From: Microthyrium microscopicum
Taxonomy: Eukaryota
Direction of reading: 5' to 3'
Assembly (NCBI GenBank): GCA_010405405.1
Contig: MU004239.1
Span: forward strand, 1,318,722-1,382,721
DNA: 64,000 nucleotides
Position numbers and translations under genes: made by a program. The notes beneath the pieces were generated by a model. It saw nothing but the letters and a program-made list of their open reading frames with translations. It ran no database searches and had not been told where the DNA came from. This document shows, piece after piece, positions 13,323-24,707 of the stretch (positions are counted from its first letter, which is position 1; each line of letters opens with the position of its first letter).

Positions 13323-14410
13323 ATGGTGTCTATCACAACATCTTTGGCCGTGCTGGCCTCGATCGCTGCTTCGGTCAATGGTGCCTTCACCAAAGACTCC
13401 TTCAAGGAGGGTGTATACTTTGGCGACAGCTATACCGATACAGGTCGGGGTATGGGAACCAAGGCTCCTGGTTGGGAAGAACCAGCTGTAAGATACCGCC
13501 GTCGCTTTCATCCGAAATCGTTGCGCTGACATATCTCTTGGTAGGGCGGCGGATTCATCAAGAACTGGCCTATCGAGGCGACGACCCTCTCCGGTAGTAA
13601 AAGACACAACTACGCTCAGAGCGGTTCGTCCTGCTCATCTGCCATCCTCGGCGGCTTCCTCCCAGGCATCAAGGAAAACCAGATCCCAGCCTTCCAAGCA
13701 GACAAGAAATTCACAAAAGGAGGCAAACCATTCCTAGACCTTCCTCCCAAGGACACTATCTATGCAATCTGGATCGGTACAAACGACTTGGGCGCCCAAG
13801 GCCTCCTCCCACAGGCCGCCGGAGCTTCAAAAGTACCGGCTTACACTGAGTGCGTGTTCAACGCATTTGACAGCTTGTACGCCGCCGGTGGACGCAAGTT
13901 CATTCTCATGAATGTCATCCCATTGAACTTGCTACCCATGTACACTGTGATGAAGGGCAAGGGTGCTGATGGCCTGTACCCAAATAAGCCAGCCACCGCT
14001 GAGGGCTTGAAGACCGCCAACAAGAAACTCGAGGGCATGGTTTTGGAATCCAACACGCTATTTAACAACAAGTCTCAAGCGGCATTCAAGGGAGCCAAGC
14101 CTAGATATCCTGGAGCTGAGATGGCAATCTATGATGTTCATAAATTCGTGAGTTTCACTGACATTGAGCCCAAGGATCGTATAGTTGTTTCTAACACACT
14201 CTTCAGGTCACTGACATCTACAATGACCCCAAGTCTTGCTTGAAGGGAGCTGGTGCCAACAACGACAAGTGGGGATTCTCAGACTCCAACATGTGGGGTG
14301 ATGCTCTTCATCCTTCTCCAGCACTCGGAAAATGTGTTGCAACTGAGTTCGTAAATGTTGCTCACGGTTCATCGAAGTATGCGACATACTTGGCAGATGG
14401 TGCGAAATAG
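13323..14410 (+). CDS. Secreted SGNH/GDSL esterase (CE16-like acetylesterase); exons 13323-13487, 13545-14147, 14207-14410
   Basis: Signal peptide and SGNH blocks FGDSYTD, NYAQSG, WIGTND and WGDALHPS. The GT-AG introns have branch sites and join in frame. Confidence 0.92.
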
Positions 14411-16277
14411 ATACCAGTAAAATTCCTGTTTTGGATGGTACAAATGATGGCTATCCCTTGGTAAAGTCCAGTCATACATAATAAGTTGTTGATTCCTCAA
14501 GATATGTGCAACTTGATTTGTACATCAACGTGCATAACTTTGTAGACCTATGCCGTTCCTGCTCATGCAGAGTTAGGACTCTAATCTTTGGTATATTCCA
14601 TATTATCTATAAGCGATTGAACTGGGATCAGACTGGTTGCGCAGGATGAGAGTCGATACGGTCTGTAGCTGTTTACAAACCTCGAGTCCATGTAAAATGT
14701 AGAGTTGTATCTTCTATGATGCTATTAATATCGTCCAACGTCGGAAAAAGTCAATAGTGCTGCACGACGGATCCCCGCGCGCATAAGTTTCGCCCCACTG
14801 ACACCTTTGTTCTGTTTGATTCGCTGACTGCGGACCCATCTGACGTGTACGCGTCCAATGAGGTGAGCACAGTTTAGTTCACGTTCCAAGGCTGTGTTGG
14901 CTTGGTGGACTTTGAACTCTGGGGCTGTGGCGTTGACCTTGTGCGGAGACAAGTTTTGTGCTTCTCTTCAGGCTGAGTAGTAAGTAGTAGTGGACTTTTG
15001 CTGGGTATAATATCAACCTGGCGTCTTAACTCTTGGTGTGGCGATGATTATGTTCAACAATCCCTCCTTGTTGCGGCGTGTACAGTATGGGCACAGCAAG
15101 TGATTGGTTTTGTGAGATTTTGCTCGATGAGAGTGGTTTGATCAAGTCATGGGCCAGCGAGACTCGAATTATTCAAGAAAAGTTATGCTTGAACGCCACT
15201 TTGAGGAGAGGCATCCAGCACACGGCACGAACTCTCGCGATTGTGCCTGGGAGGCCTGACCTATCGCTGTCATTTGTCTTGCAGGATGAAGACCCGCTTG
15301 TGAGTCGGTTTGTTCCCAGCCCGGTTGATCCTGCACGCATCGAGACAGGAATCTCTTGGCCAACAAGCTTTCTTCCAGAGCCAACAAACCTGCAGGTCAC
15401 TGCATGTCGCTGCATCTGCAAATGTGGGCCTGCAACGAGGCGGACTGAATTCCTGGCAGTGCCACCACCATCAGTGGCCATGCAAATCCTGCTTCCCCAA
15501 GTCCCCAAGTTGCCAACAGTTGTCGTAATTTGTGTGAGTTCGCTTGCTGCGGTCCACTGAACATCCAATGACGTTTTGTTGAGATGACATCGCGCCACAT
15601 ATCCTGGGTTCAATAGTCGTTGTTGCTCGTTCCTCGGGGCCTCTTACGGCAACATTGTGCGATATGAGAAGCCAAATAATAAACTCATTTCGCGAGGCCA
15701 GGACAAACCTTTGTGTGTGAGTGTCGTAAGCCGAAAACGTGGCATGATTGGCCTAGATCTCGATAGGTTCGGAGGAGCAGGCTCGCGTCCAGCCTTGCCA
15801 TGGGCATGCAGCCAAGCTACTGCAACGGCAGGTTGAGGTGCTATTTTGCGTGGCTGAGATCAGCCTGAGGACGCCCAGTGGTGTTGTTTTTAGCGCGGTT
15901 ATACTTGTATTTTAGGGACCTTTTGACCAGGCTTGGTGTTGGACCTTGTCAGACCTGCATAAAACATCCGTGCCGAAGGTTTCTGGTTACCTTTGGGGTG
16001 CCGTGACGTTGAATTTAGATATTCTTACATACCTAGCCGTTGTTGCTGTCAGTCTGATCTTTGGCTTCCCTTAGTTTCCTTCAACCTGCAAGATATCAAT
16101 AATCACAACGTGGAATTGATCAATTGCCACGCGGAGCCGAATGCCAACCCGGAACTGACACCAGCCTCTTGGCTTTGGTAACATCGTCGACTTTTTATTT
16201 TGTTTCAACAATTGTGTAAACAACAGGAGTTGAGAAAGAGCATTGTTTGAGAAGCAAAGGAAGTTACTACCATCATC

Positions 16278-19200
16278 ATGGCTGCCGAAATCACACCAAA
16301 ACCTGCTGCGAGCAGTAACATGGCTCGGCGCAGCCTTTCGGTTTTCAGTCGCAAAGGATACGATTGCCCATCACCAGTTGGAATGCACTCTCTTGCTGTG
16401 GCCGGAATGACCCTGGCTGGACCTTCAACTCCTTCAATCTCACAATCAACAACAACACAACCTCCGAGCCACTGTTCGCCTAACAAGAACTCAAAGAAAT
16501 GGTCTAAGCTAAGGCGAAGATCGCTGCAACAGCATGGAACAATTCTTCGAGCTGTACCGCAAGAGACTCCTCCACCACAAATGTCCTCCTTGGAAATCGA
16601 AATGGCTACCTCCCCAAACGAGGAAATATTGCGAAACATAGGACTGGCACCGGACCACAGCCCTTCACCAGTTGATGGGGCAATTTTCTTCCCCCAAAAT
16701 CCAGAATCTCCTACCAACTCGAGGAGGATGTCTGTACGACAGAGAAGGACCACTAGTCAAGGCAACATACTTGGGGTATGGAAAGATGGCTCGGTAGAAT
16801 GGAATCCCCAGTGCCAGGAGGAGCCGACTACACCATCTCTTCAGGATGTAACGGCACTAACAGGCCCAAACCAAGATGGCGCCATGTCAAACCGGACTGA
16901 AAAACCCAAAATACAAGTTGTTATTCCCTCAGGATCAAAGCGACGGATATCATTGCCATCCTACTTGTCCCCCGTAAAAGCCAAGGAGCCAGCCCCAGAA
17001 GAGGATCCGGAGCATCTCCAAGTTCCTGGTCACCAAAGGAGTGCTTCAAACGCAAGTTCTTCCTCAATGTCGAGTGAGGAGGACAAGGACAGTTCATCCG
17101 GCGTAGTCAGCAATCGTTCTTCAGTGACCAGTATTGAGAGTGATCCTGAATCTGCGTTCCAAGCTACGAAACCAATCGAATGGAAAGGAAAGAGCAGCAT
17201 GAGTCCTGAAATCGACTCTGCTCAAACTGATGCCAGCTCAGCTCCAAGTCTTTTTGATCTAGTGGATATTGTTCGAACCCCGAGCACTCGCAATCCCCAC
17301 GTGCTTACTCGTGCATGTTCGGGAGCAGTCCACAAGATGAACACATTACGAGAAGGTGAAGAAGAAGCAGCAGCACGAGCATCAAGTCCAACGTTGAGTG
17401 AAGCTGAGCGTAGTCTGGAAGCCCACCTTACAGCTCTCCAAAATGTGCAACAGTGGAAGGTTGATTCGATTCAACGCGAATTCTCCATTGCTCGCAAGCC
17501 AGCTCCTCCTCTTAAATCTTCCAAAAGACGTAGTCGTCATCAACCAATTGTTATACCATCTATGGAACCTCCAACACCTAACCGTGCAGCTCCTGCCACC
17601 CCAACTAAACAACACACTCTTCGGCGTAGTAGCTCGGTACGATCATGTCTTTCTCTAGTTCATGAGCAAAGCGAACAAGCAGTCGCTGCAAACGATGCCG
17701 AACAGATTGTCTATGGTATTCTTAGCCAGATGGATGACCTTGACGACCTCTTCAATGCTGCTATGATGAATAAGGCCTTCTACCGTGTTTTCAAGAACAA
17801 CGAACTCCTTCTGATGCAAACTTGCCTGAGAAACATGTCTGCTCCCGCATGGGAATTTCGTCTAACAGCTCAACCTTTCGACGAAGAACCGGATAGTGCC
17901 ATCCCACCACCAGAATACTCACCCGCGACCTTCTACAGTCAGCATGTGGCTGATTCACGGGTCCTTGGTAATATCAAGAGCTTGATCCTAGAGCGATGCC
18001 ACTCAGTCATTCGACCAGAGACAGAAGCTCTACTCATCCAACACAGCGCTTTCCGCAAGTCTGAAGTCGATGATGCTCTGTGGCGAATTTGGACGTTTTG
18101 CAAGATCTTTGGCTGCAGTAAAGGGCGAGAGGAAGATGTTCCCAGCCATATGGACTGGCTTCGCGGTGGCATAGTAGCCCATCAGATCGATGCTCAAAGC
18201 TCATTCTCCTCCTGCGACGGATGGTTTGATGTCAACTCTGTACTCACCACCTCCGAGCACTTTGCCATGGGTAACGCCGGTGGTCTCTCTGCCGAAGAAC
18301 TCTACAACATGACCGAAATGTGGAACAGTCTCCGCCTCATCTCGCAAGGCATTCTCGGCCAAACCGAAGATGCGCGCAAGTATGGTGTCTTTGATGACAC
18401 TGACATCCGCGGCGGCGACATTGACGGCGAAGAGCTCATGCTAGGTAAGCAATCCTCATTTCCCTGTCTCTCAATATCACAACTAACCCCTTCATAGAAG
18501 AGTGGCACAACTATCTCCTAACTCTTGGTCTCTCCGCTACCCACACCATCGCTTCACCCACCACTCCAGAAGATGCCTTTGACCTCGCCAACTCCGCCTC
18601 CTGGACCGCCTGGCCTGCTCCCGCAGGAGGCAGCACACGCGCCAACTTCCTTCGCGAGCCCGTCGCCCGCCTCTACGAAGAGCGCATCCTCGAATCCTTC
18701 GCCCCAGCCCAATCCCGCGCCCAAGAGATGCGCGACCTCCGCCGCCGACGAACTTCCAGTCTAGCCATGGATCTGCGCGAACGCAAAGCCAGCGGCTCAA
18801 CGCAAGGACTGCCATTAATTGCAGTCGAGCAGCCCATGAGTCGCGCAAACAGTGTGCTTGATCATCTCTCCACTGCGCCCAGTAGCGCTGTGAGCGCGCC
18901 GCCGATGTGGGGTGCGCATCCGAATGTCGATATCAGTCAGTACCGACAAAGTATGGAGATGCACGTGGAAGCGAGTCCGGTATTTTCGCCAATTGGCACA
19001 CATCCAGCGCTGCGATCAGTGTCTGTTCCAAACCGTGGTGTATGGCGACCTCAAAGCGATGTGGAGGCGATTAGCTTGAATGATGGGCTGCCAGGCTATG
19101 AGCCGGAGATGCAACATCCTTTGCAGATGGCGCTTTCGGGGGATGATAGTTCGATGCATTCGCCTGAAAAGGCGATATTCAGGATCGTGGAGATGGGATT

Positions 19201-19309
19201 TACTCATGAGGAAGCGAAAGGAGCCTTGAAAATTACAGATATGGGTGATGGATTGAGAGTGGATCGTGCGGTGGAGTACTTGTTGCGCACTCAAGGCTTG
19301 TCGTATTGA
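16278..19309 (+). CDS. Conserved fungal protein with disordered N-terminus, central F-box-like motif and C-terminal UBA domain; intron 18445-18497
   Basis: The 739-aa ORF splices (GTAAGC...CTAAC...CATAG) in frame into the ORF ending at 19309. It has the UBA signature IVEMGFTHEEAKGAL...VDRAVEYLL and the F-box-like EQIVYGILSQMDDLDDLFNAAMMNKAF. Confidence 0.85.
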
Positions 19310-19973
19310 TTATTCTGTAATGTCTTTTGATATGGGTTGATTGATGGAATATTGGTGGTTCAGAAATTGCTGCGACGAAAACTTGATGATACCCAGAATG
19401 TCTGCAATAGCAATGTTATACTGTACTATCTTACTATATGAATTACTAGCTCATTTCAACCTAAGTACTTGATCTCTCGAATGCATTGTACATTGATTTA
19501 CCATGATATTGATAGCCAGAACTATCTTGACTGCGTACTGTTTGCAGGTAAATGTTTGACCGACCAGCTTTCTCACAAAGGCTGATCTTCATGTACCATT
19601 CTTATGTAATTTGCTAGATTGCCGAATAATAATGGATGAGTCCAGCGGTTGGAATCTGATGAACATGTTGATGGCATGGGGGGCTGGGGGAAGAAGGCAA
19701 GGCTGGGCCGAGGTTTCCTGGTTTCTCACAAGTTGCGTCCAGGGCATGCTGGCATTTGGCATCTGGCACCCAAAGAGCTGGCGAGCCTCACACCACACAA
19801 ACTCCATTCTACGATTCCATTTTTATCCTCCGAAGCAACACTCTGATTAATTGTCAATCCGCTGCGATCATTTCCGGCCTCTTCATAATCCATCTTGCAC
19901 AACGCTTGCCGACTTCTACTACTGGCCACAAATGTCTCTCTGAGCTGCCACATCCCCTATCATTCCATTCGTC

Positions 19974-21751
19974 ATGATCGCGTCCGCGAGGTCCTGGTTT
20001 CGGCGCAACCGCACCACTTTTGCCGTTGGTGCTGGTGTGCTGGGCGCAGGCTATGTAGCTACCCAATTTGTGCTGGGGAAAATCACAGAGACTCGCCAGC
20101 GCATGAGCGATGACCGTATCGCCAAAGAAAAGTGAGTTCGATCCGCCACCACGCGATCATGACACTAACGCCAGCGTGTTGCAAAAGTCTCCGAAGACGC
20201 TTCGAACAAAATCAAGAAGATTGTACATTCACTGTCCTAGCCATCCTACCCGCCGCAACCGAAAATATCCTCGAGGCCCTCCCAGTCGAACAAACCCTCT
20301 CCGAACTTCAAAGACAGCGCGAAGAACGGGTAGCCAAAAGCTCGGCGCTATCGGAAGTTTCCACAGCCGATCTAGCTTCAATACCTGGTAGTATAGGTGA
20401 AGAAGATGGCAAAAGCCTTCGTAGTTTCCAAAGCGAAAGCTATGTACATGCTAGCCAGCTGGCAGATAGCACAGCCGCCGATGGAGACCAAAAGTTCAAG
20501 CCTGCGGGTCCGCTACGCACAAAGAAGAGCAAGGCAATACTATGGAACGAGATGAAGATTGGATGCAAGTATCTCAATACAAGAAAGCAATCAAGTGCTA
20601 ATGTCATATAGCCATCGCCCGCGCTTTCGTTTTGATATACACCCTCGCCCTTCTCACTCTTCTAACACGAATTCAACTCAACCTCCTTGGACGTCGCAAC
20701 TACCTCGCCAGTGTTGTATCTCTCGCTGCACCCCAAACCAAAGGCCCAGGCATACGGTTGGAAAATCGGGATGATGATAGCTTCGAAACCGCCTATGGCA
20801 ACGACTTCGATACCAACCGAAAATATCTATCTCTTTCATGGTGGCTTTTACATCGAGGCTCAAAGGAGATTATGGATATGGTGAACAGAGCTGTCAAAGA
20901 AGTGTTTGGATTGATTAACCCGCGAGAAGAACTCACTTTGGAGCGGCTATCAGAGCTTATTGTGGAGGTAAGGAAGAAGGTCGAAGGAGCTACTCCAGAA
21001 GAGCGAAAGTCAGTATGCCCTTCTTAGACAACGTATAATGCTGATCTCAGAAAATAGACAAAAGCGATGGCTTCCATTCTTGCTCCCTGCCAAAGAGGAT
21101 GAAGACTTTGTTCTTCAAGCCTCCGGCATGACCTCACCTGAGGAGGCTCCCAGCAACAACTCTCCATCCCTGCGCCGTCTTGTAGATGAAACCTCAGACA
21201 TTATCGACTCGCCTATCTTCAGTGAGGTCCTTACTCTTATTCTCGACGCAGCATTCTCTCTACTGGTTGACACCAAGATTGCATCCTTGGCATACAAGAT
21301 CCCTCTTACATCAGCATCTCCCACCCGAATCCACGAAATTGTTGGAACGGACCACAAAGCTCGATTGGCCAACACTCTGGCCATATTCTGTCGTCAAGCG
21401 CATGCCATTGGCGCTACGAATGACAACGAATATTTGACGGCCATGGAAGGTGTCCGAGATTTAGAAGCGTTCTCTGCAGTGGTCTATAGTAGCAACTTCG
21501 AGATTGAATCTCCCGAGTTTCTCGGCGTCTCAAGTGCACCCAGCGCGGCAGATCCATCATCTAGCAGACTTGGAACAAGCACTTTACCAACACCAGCAGG
21601 CCCAGGGTTCGGCCAAGCTGTTGACCAGGCAGGAGACCCATTACCCCCTGGCCTTGAAGGAGAACCCAGTCTTATAGAAGGCTCGGATTTAGAGAAAGCA
21701 TGGGCCAGCGCGGTAGCCCAGGACCGCCAAAATCAGGAAGCTTCACAATGA
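19974..21751 (+). CDS. PEX3: Peroxin-3 (multi-exon)
   Basis: N-terminus MIASARSWFRRNRTTFAVGAGVLG; motifs LRRRFEQNQEDCTFTVLA, LLTRIQLNLLGRRNY, YLSLSWWLLHRG and FSAVVYSSNF; three short GT-AG introns. Confidence 0.95.
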
Positions 21752-22707
21752 TAAGATAGGAAATAATGAAGGATGAATCCAACCTCAACACAACTCATCA
21801 AGTCCAAAGCACAAGCACCGGACGAAATCTCCCTTATCAAAACTCGATGACGTTTAAAGCTTGCACTAACGATACGATTGCATCTATTTTTTAGTATCGA
21901 ATCCACACTTTTGATAGAGCCGCAACGATATCAAAGCACAATATGTTTGGAGTTGCCCTGGACCTTCCAAAGCATTGTCGGACGATGGCATGTCAATTCT
22001 GTTTCGAAACAAGCAGGGTTATTCCCTTACACCCAGCTTGGACCTTTATGCCATGCTTCGAGAAGACTGTCTAAGCTATGGGTCCTAGCCGCAGCCGCGT
22101 TTCCGAGGTTGAACAGGGTGCTAATATCAACCACAATCTGGACAAAATATGTCTAATCACCAATACTAATCGCCCTAGCGGATCGAAGTTTTGTTATCAT
22201 GCTACTCTGCTATATTAAAATATTTGATCTATCCGCGGTATAGAGACATTCCCCTCGCATACATTGTGGCAGTGATTTATGTTCTCCACTAAACGATGTT
22301 GGATCCTTGGTTTCAATGAGTGTGCGAGCAATATCCTGGAGTCTACGATGTCTTGAGCCACAACAGAGGCTGGATATAAAGCTGAAAACAATGCATAGTT
22401 CTCAAGTTGTCAATTGAAGCGCCTTGCGGTCCGTGTTTTTGTGATATGACTGGCCCTTATGACCCGCTAGCGGCAATGTATTAGTTCGCGTGGGTGCTAA
22501 TCATATCAATCGTTCTATATGTATGTGTATCTAACGGTACCCAGCATTCCAGTACACGCGAATTTCGACTCCAACTTCTATACCACTCATTCATTGTGGG
22601 ACTGGCTAAAGCCTTTTCAGACCTACATCACCTCTGCTCCATACCGTGAATATAGTCACCAAACCCAGGACTTGATCAACAAGGTTCACAACTGCACCCC
22701 CCCAACT

Positions 22708-23727
22708 ATGTCTCCCTTCGCATACACAACCGTCTGCTCGAGCGACGCCCATCTAGAACCCATCATAGTCCTAGCAACAACCCTCCGCACTCACAAATCC
22801 TACCTCCCATTCATAATCCTCCTACCCCCCGGCCTCTCAACCACCACCGAAGATGCTCTGCGCGCCGAATCACAAGCCCTCCAAATAACCATCGAGCACG
22901 TCGGCGACACCCTCCGCAAACGCCACTCCTACACCCAAACTAAACTCCCCCGTGGCCTACCATCACTCTACATGTTCGCCTCGCCCCTCTGGGAATACGA
23001 AACAGTCTGCTACCTTGCGCCCAATTCCATCATTTTACGATCTGGTCTAGATCTCATATTCCAGGAAGCGCAGTTACCGTCAGACAATTGGCTCGGTGCT
23101 ACGCCAGCATGTATCTGTCTCCTTTCCACATCCCCATCATCCGCGAAAGGCAAGCGCGTAGTCCATCCCTCAGCCGATAACTCCAGCGAACCTCCCAAAT
23201 GTCCCTACGCGAAACCGCGCGTGGAGAGAAAGGCTAGTTTCGGGTGGTATATGCCTCCCTCTCCTCAAAGTACCACTTCAGAAGCAGCGAGTGATGCTCT
23301 AGATCCAGGCCTCTTAATCTTCTACCCTGGCGAACGGCTGTGGCATACTGTGCTGTCTGCGACGGTCGCGGCGATTGTGGGCGGGGTGGAGACGCCTAGG
23401 GAGGCAGATTTGCTGAATGGCCTGTTTCGGGAGAAGTGGCAGGTGCTGCCGGAGAGTTACTTTGGAGGTGGGTTTACGTGTAGGGAGCGCGGGTGGCTTG
23501 ATGAGAATAAGAGGGTGACTTGTGTGGTTGGCGTTGTGGGGGAGGGAGAGGGGGTGCTGAGGAGGGTGTATGAGGGTGTTTTGGAGAGAATTAAGAGGAG
23601 GGAGCGGAGCGTGGTGATGCCGTTGCGGGAGGGCGAGGTGCAAAGGAGGTCCGTGTTTGAGGATAAGTTTACTTTTGCGTTTTTGCAGAGTTCGGATTGT
23701 ACGTGGACTGGCTGGACTGGTCACTGA
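22708..23727 (+). CDS. Glycosyltransferase family 8-like protein with degenerate catalytic motifs
   Basis: GT8-type start (FAYTT...VLATTLR...LPFIIL), YETVCYL..N.II...LDLIF, GA.PAC.C, C.Y, G.LIFYP and DLLN.LF..KW..LP..Y. The start is chosen at the second Met. Confidence 0.75.
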   Translation: MSPFAYTTVCSSDAHLEPIIVLATTLRTHKSYLPFIILLPPGLSTTTEDALRAESQALQITIEHVGDTLRKRHSYTQTKLPRGLPSLYMFASPLWEYETVCYLAPNSIILRSGLDLIFQEAQLPSDNWLGATPACICLLSTSPSSAKGKRVVHPSADNSSEPPKCPYAKPRVERKASFGWYMPPSPQSTTSEAASDALDPGLLIFYPGERLWHTVLSATVAAIVGGVETPREADLLNGLFREKWQVLPESYFGGGFTCRERGWLDENKRVTCVVGVVGEGEGVLRRVYEGVLERIKRRERSVVMPLREGEVQRRSVFEDKFTFAFLQSSDCTWTGWTGH

Positions 23728-23945
23728 ATATTCGAGGGAGGGTGAGTATGAAGCAGTTCGGAAAAGTATATGATGTCTACTTCGAACAAGGTCTATATCT
23801 GTTGTGGAGACTACATACATAGCAAAGTAGCACGCAACGGATCAATTCAGTTGACTGGAGGGTTTTACAAAAGACATCTGTGAGTACAAATATATGCCCA
23901 AACTTGACGACCAACTAACAGCCCAGGTTACCAACCTCTCCCAGT

Positions 23946-24707
23946 CTACAACCTACGATTTCTCGCAACAACAGACGGTTCAAACCGCACTGTTCCTCCA
24001 TTATCGATCACTCTACGCAGCATATGCATCTTAAACGCATCCGCCAACCTCTCCAGCGACAAAGTCACAGTTCTGTTCCTCACTAAAGACGCCTCAAAAC
24101 TCGGATGAGCGCTCCTCACAGCCCTCCGAAACTCATCAGGCAATTGTCTACAATGCAATTCACCACGACTCTCCATAGCCGCGATATGATAGCTCAAATC
24201 CAACCACCGACCCAACCACACCTGCAAATCACCGCGCGGTCCTCTCCGCAAATCCTCCAGCTCTACTCTCAATGTTCGCTGATACGGCACACTCCCTGGA
24301 TAATCCGGACAGCAACGATGTCGTATTGCTTGCAGAATAGGCCCTGGCCTGTTAAGCGGGGCCACTCGTACATGCAGTCCTACATCAGTGGTGCGGTATA
24401 TCTCTGCGATGACTTTGAGAATCGCGAGTCGTTTTTCGTAGTAGGTTAGACTTTCGGCGATGAATGCGCGGCGCGCTGTGGAGCTGGTGTTCAGACTGCT
24501 GGGTTGGTTGACTGGGGGTAGGTCGGGCAGACGGTCGAGGGCACGGAGGGGATCGCAGTAGGTTGCGACGCTGTGGCGTTTGGCGTAGGCTTTGATGTGG
24601 GTGGTCCATTTCTTCCAGTCGGAGGCGGTTGCGCGCTCGGGGAGATGGTGCGCTTTGGGTGTGCCGCTGGGTGGACCGGAGCCGTCGTAGAGTCCACGAA
24701 GGGGCAT
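23946..24707 (-). CDS. Intact stand-alone Copia-type Gag (capsid)-like protein, 253 aa
   Basis: Intronless GC-rich ORF. The pattern DW..W...IK..A....V..Y.DP...LP.L, L.AI..R..P, L.R.P...L..WL..W and F..AV....P.F resembles fungal Copia Gag. No LTR or pol is seen nearby. Confidence 0.7.
   Translation of the reverse strand: MPLRGLYDGSGPPSGTPKAHHLPERATASDWKKWTTHIKAYAKRHSVATYCDPLRALDRLPDLPPVNQPSSLNTSSTARRAFIAESLTYYEKRLAILKVIAEIYRTTDVGLHVRVAPLNRPGPILQAIRHRCCPDYPGSVPYQRTLRVELEDLRRGPRGDLQVWLGRWLDLSYHIAAMESRGELHCRQLPDEFRRAVRSAHPSFEASLVRNRTVTLSLERLADAFKMHMLRRVIDNGGTVRFEPSVVARNRRL

Noticed and set aside
15078..15613. Overlapping 146-160 aa ORFs on both strands
   Set aside because: No recognisable motif or coding bias; they lie in the upstream region of the UBA gene.
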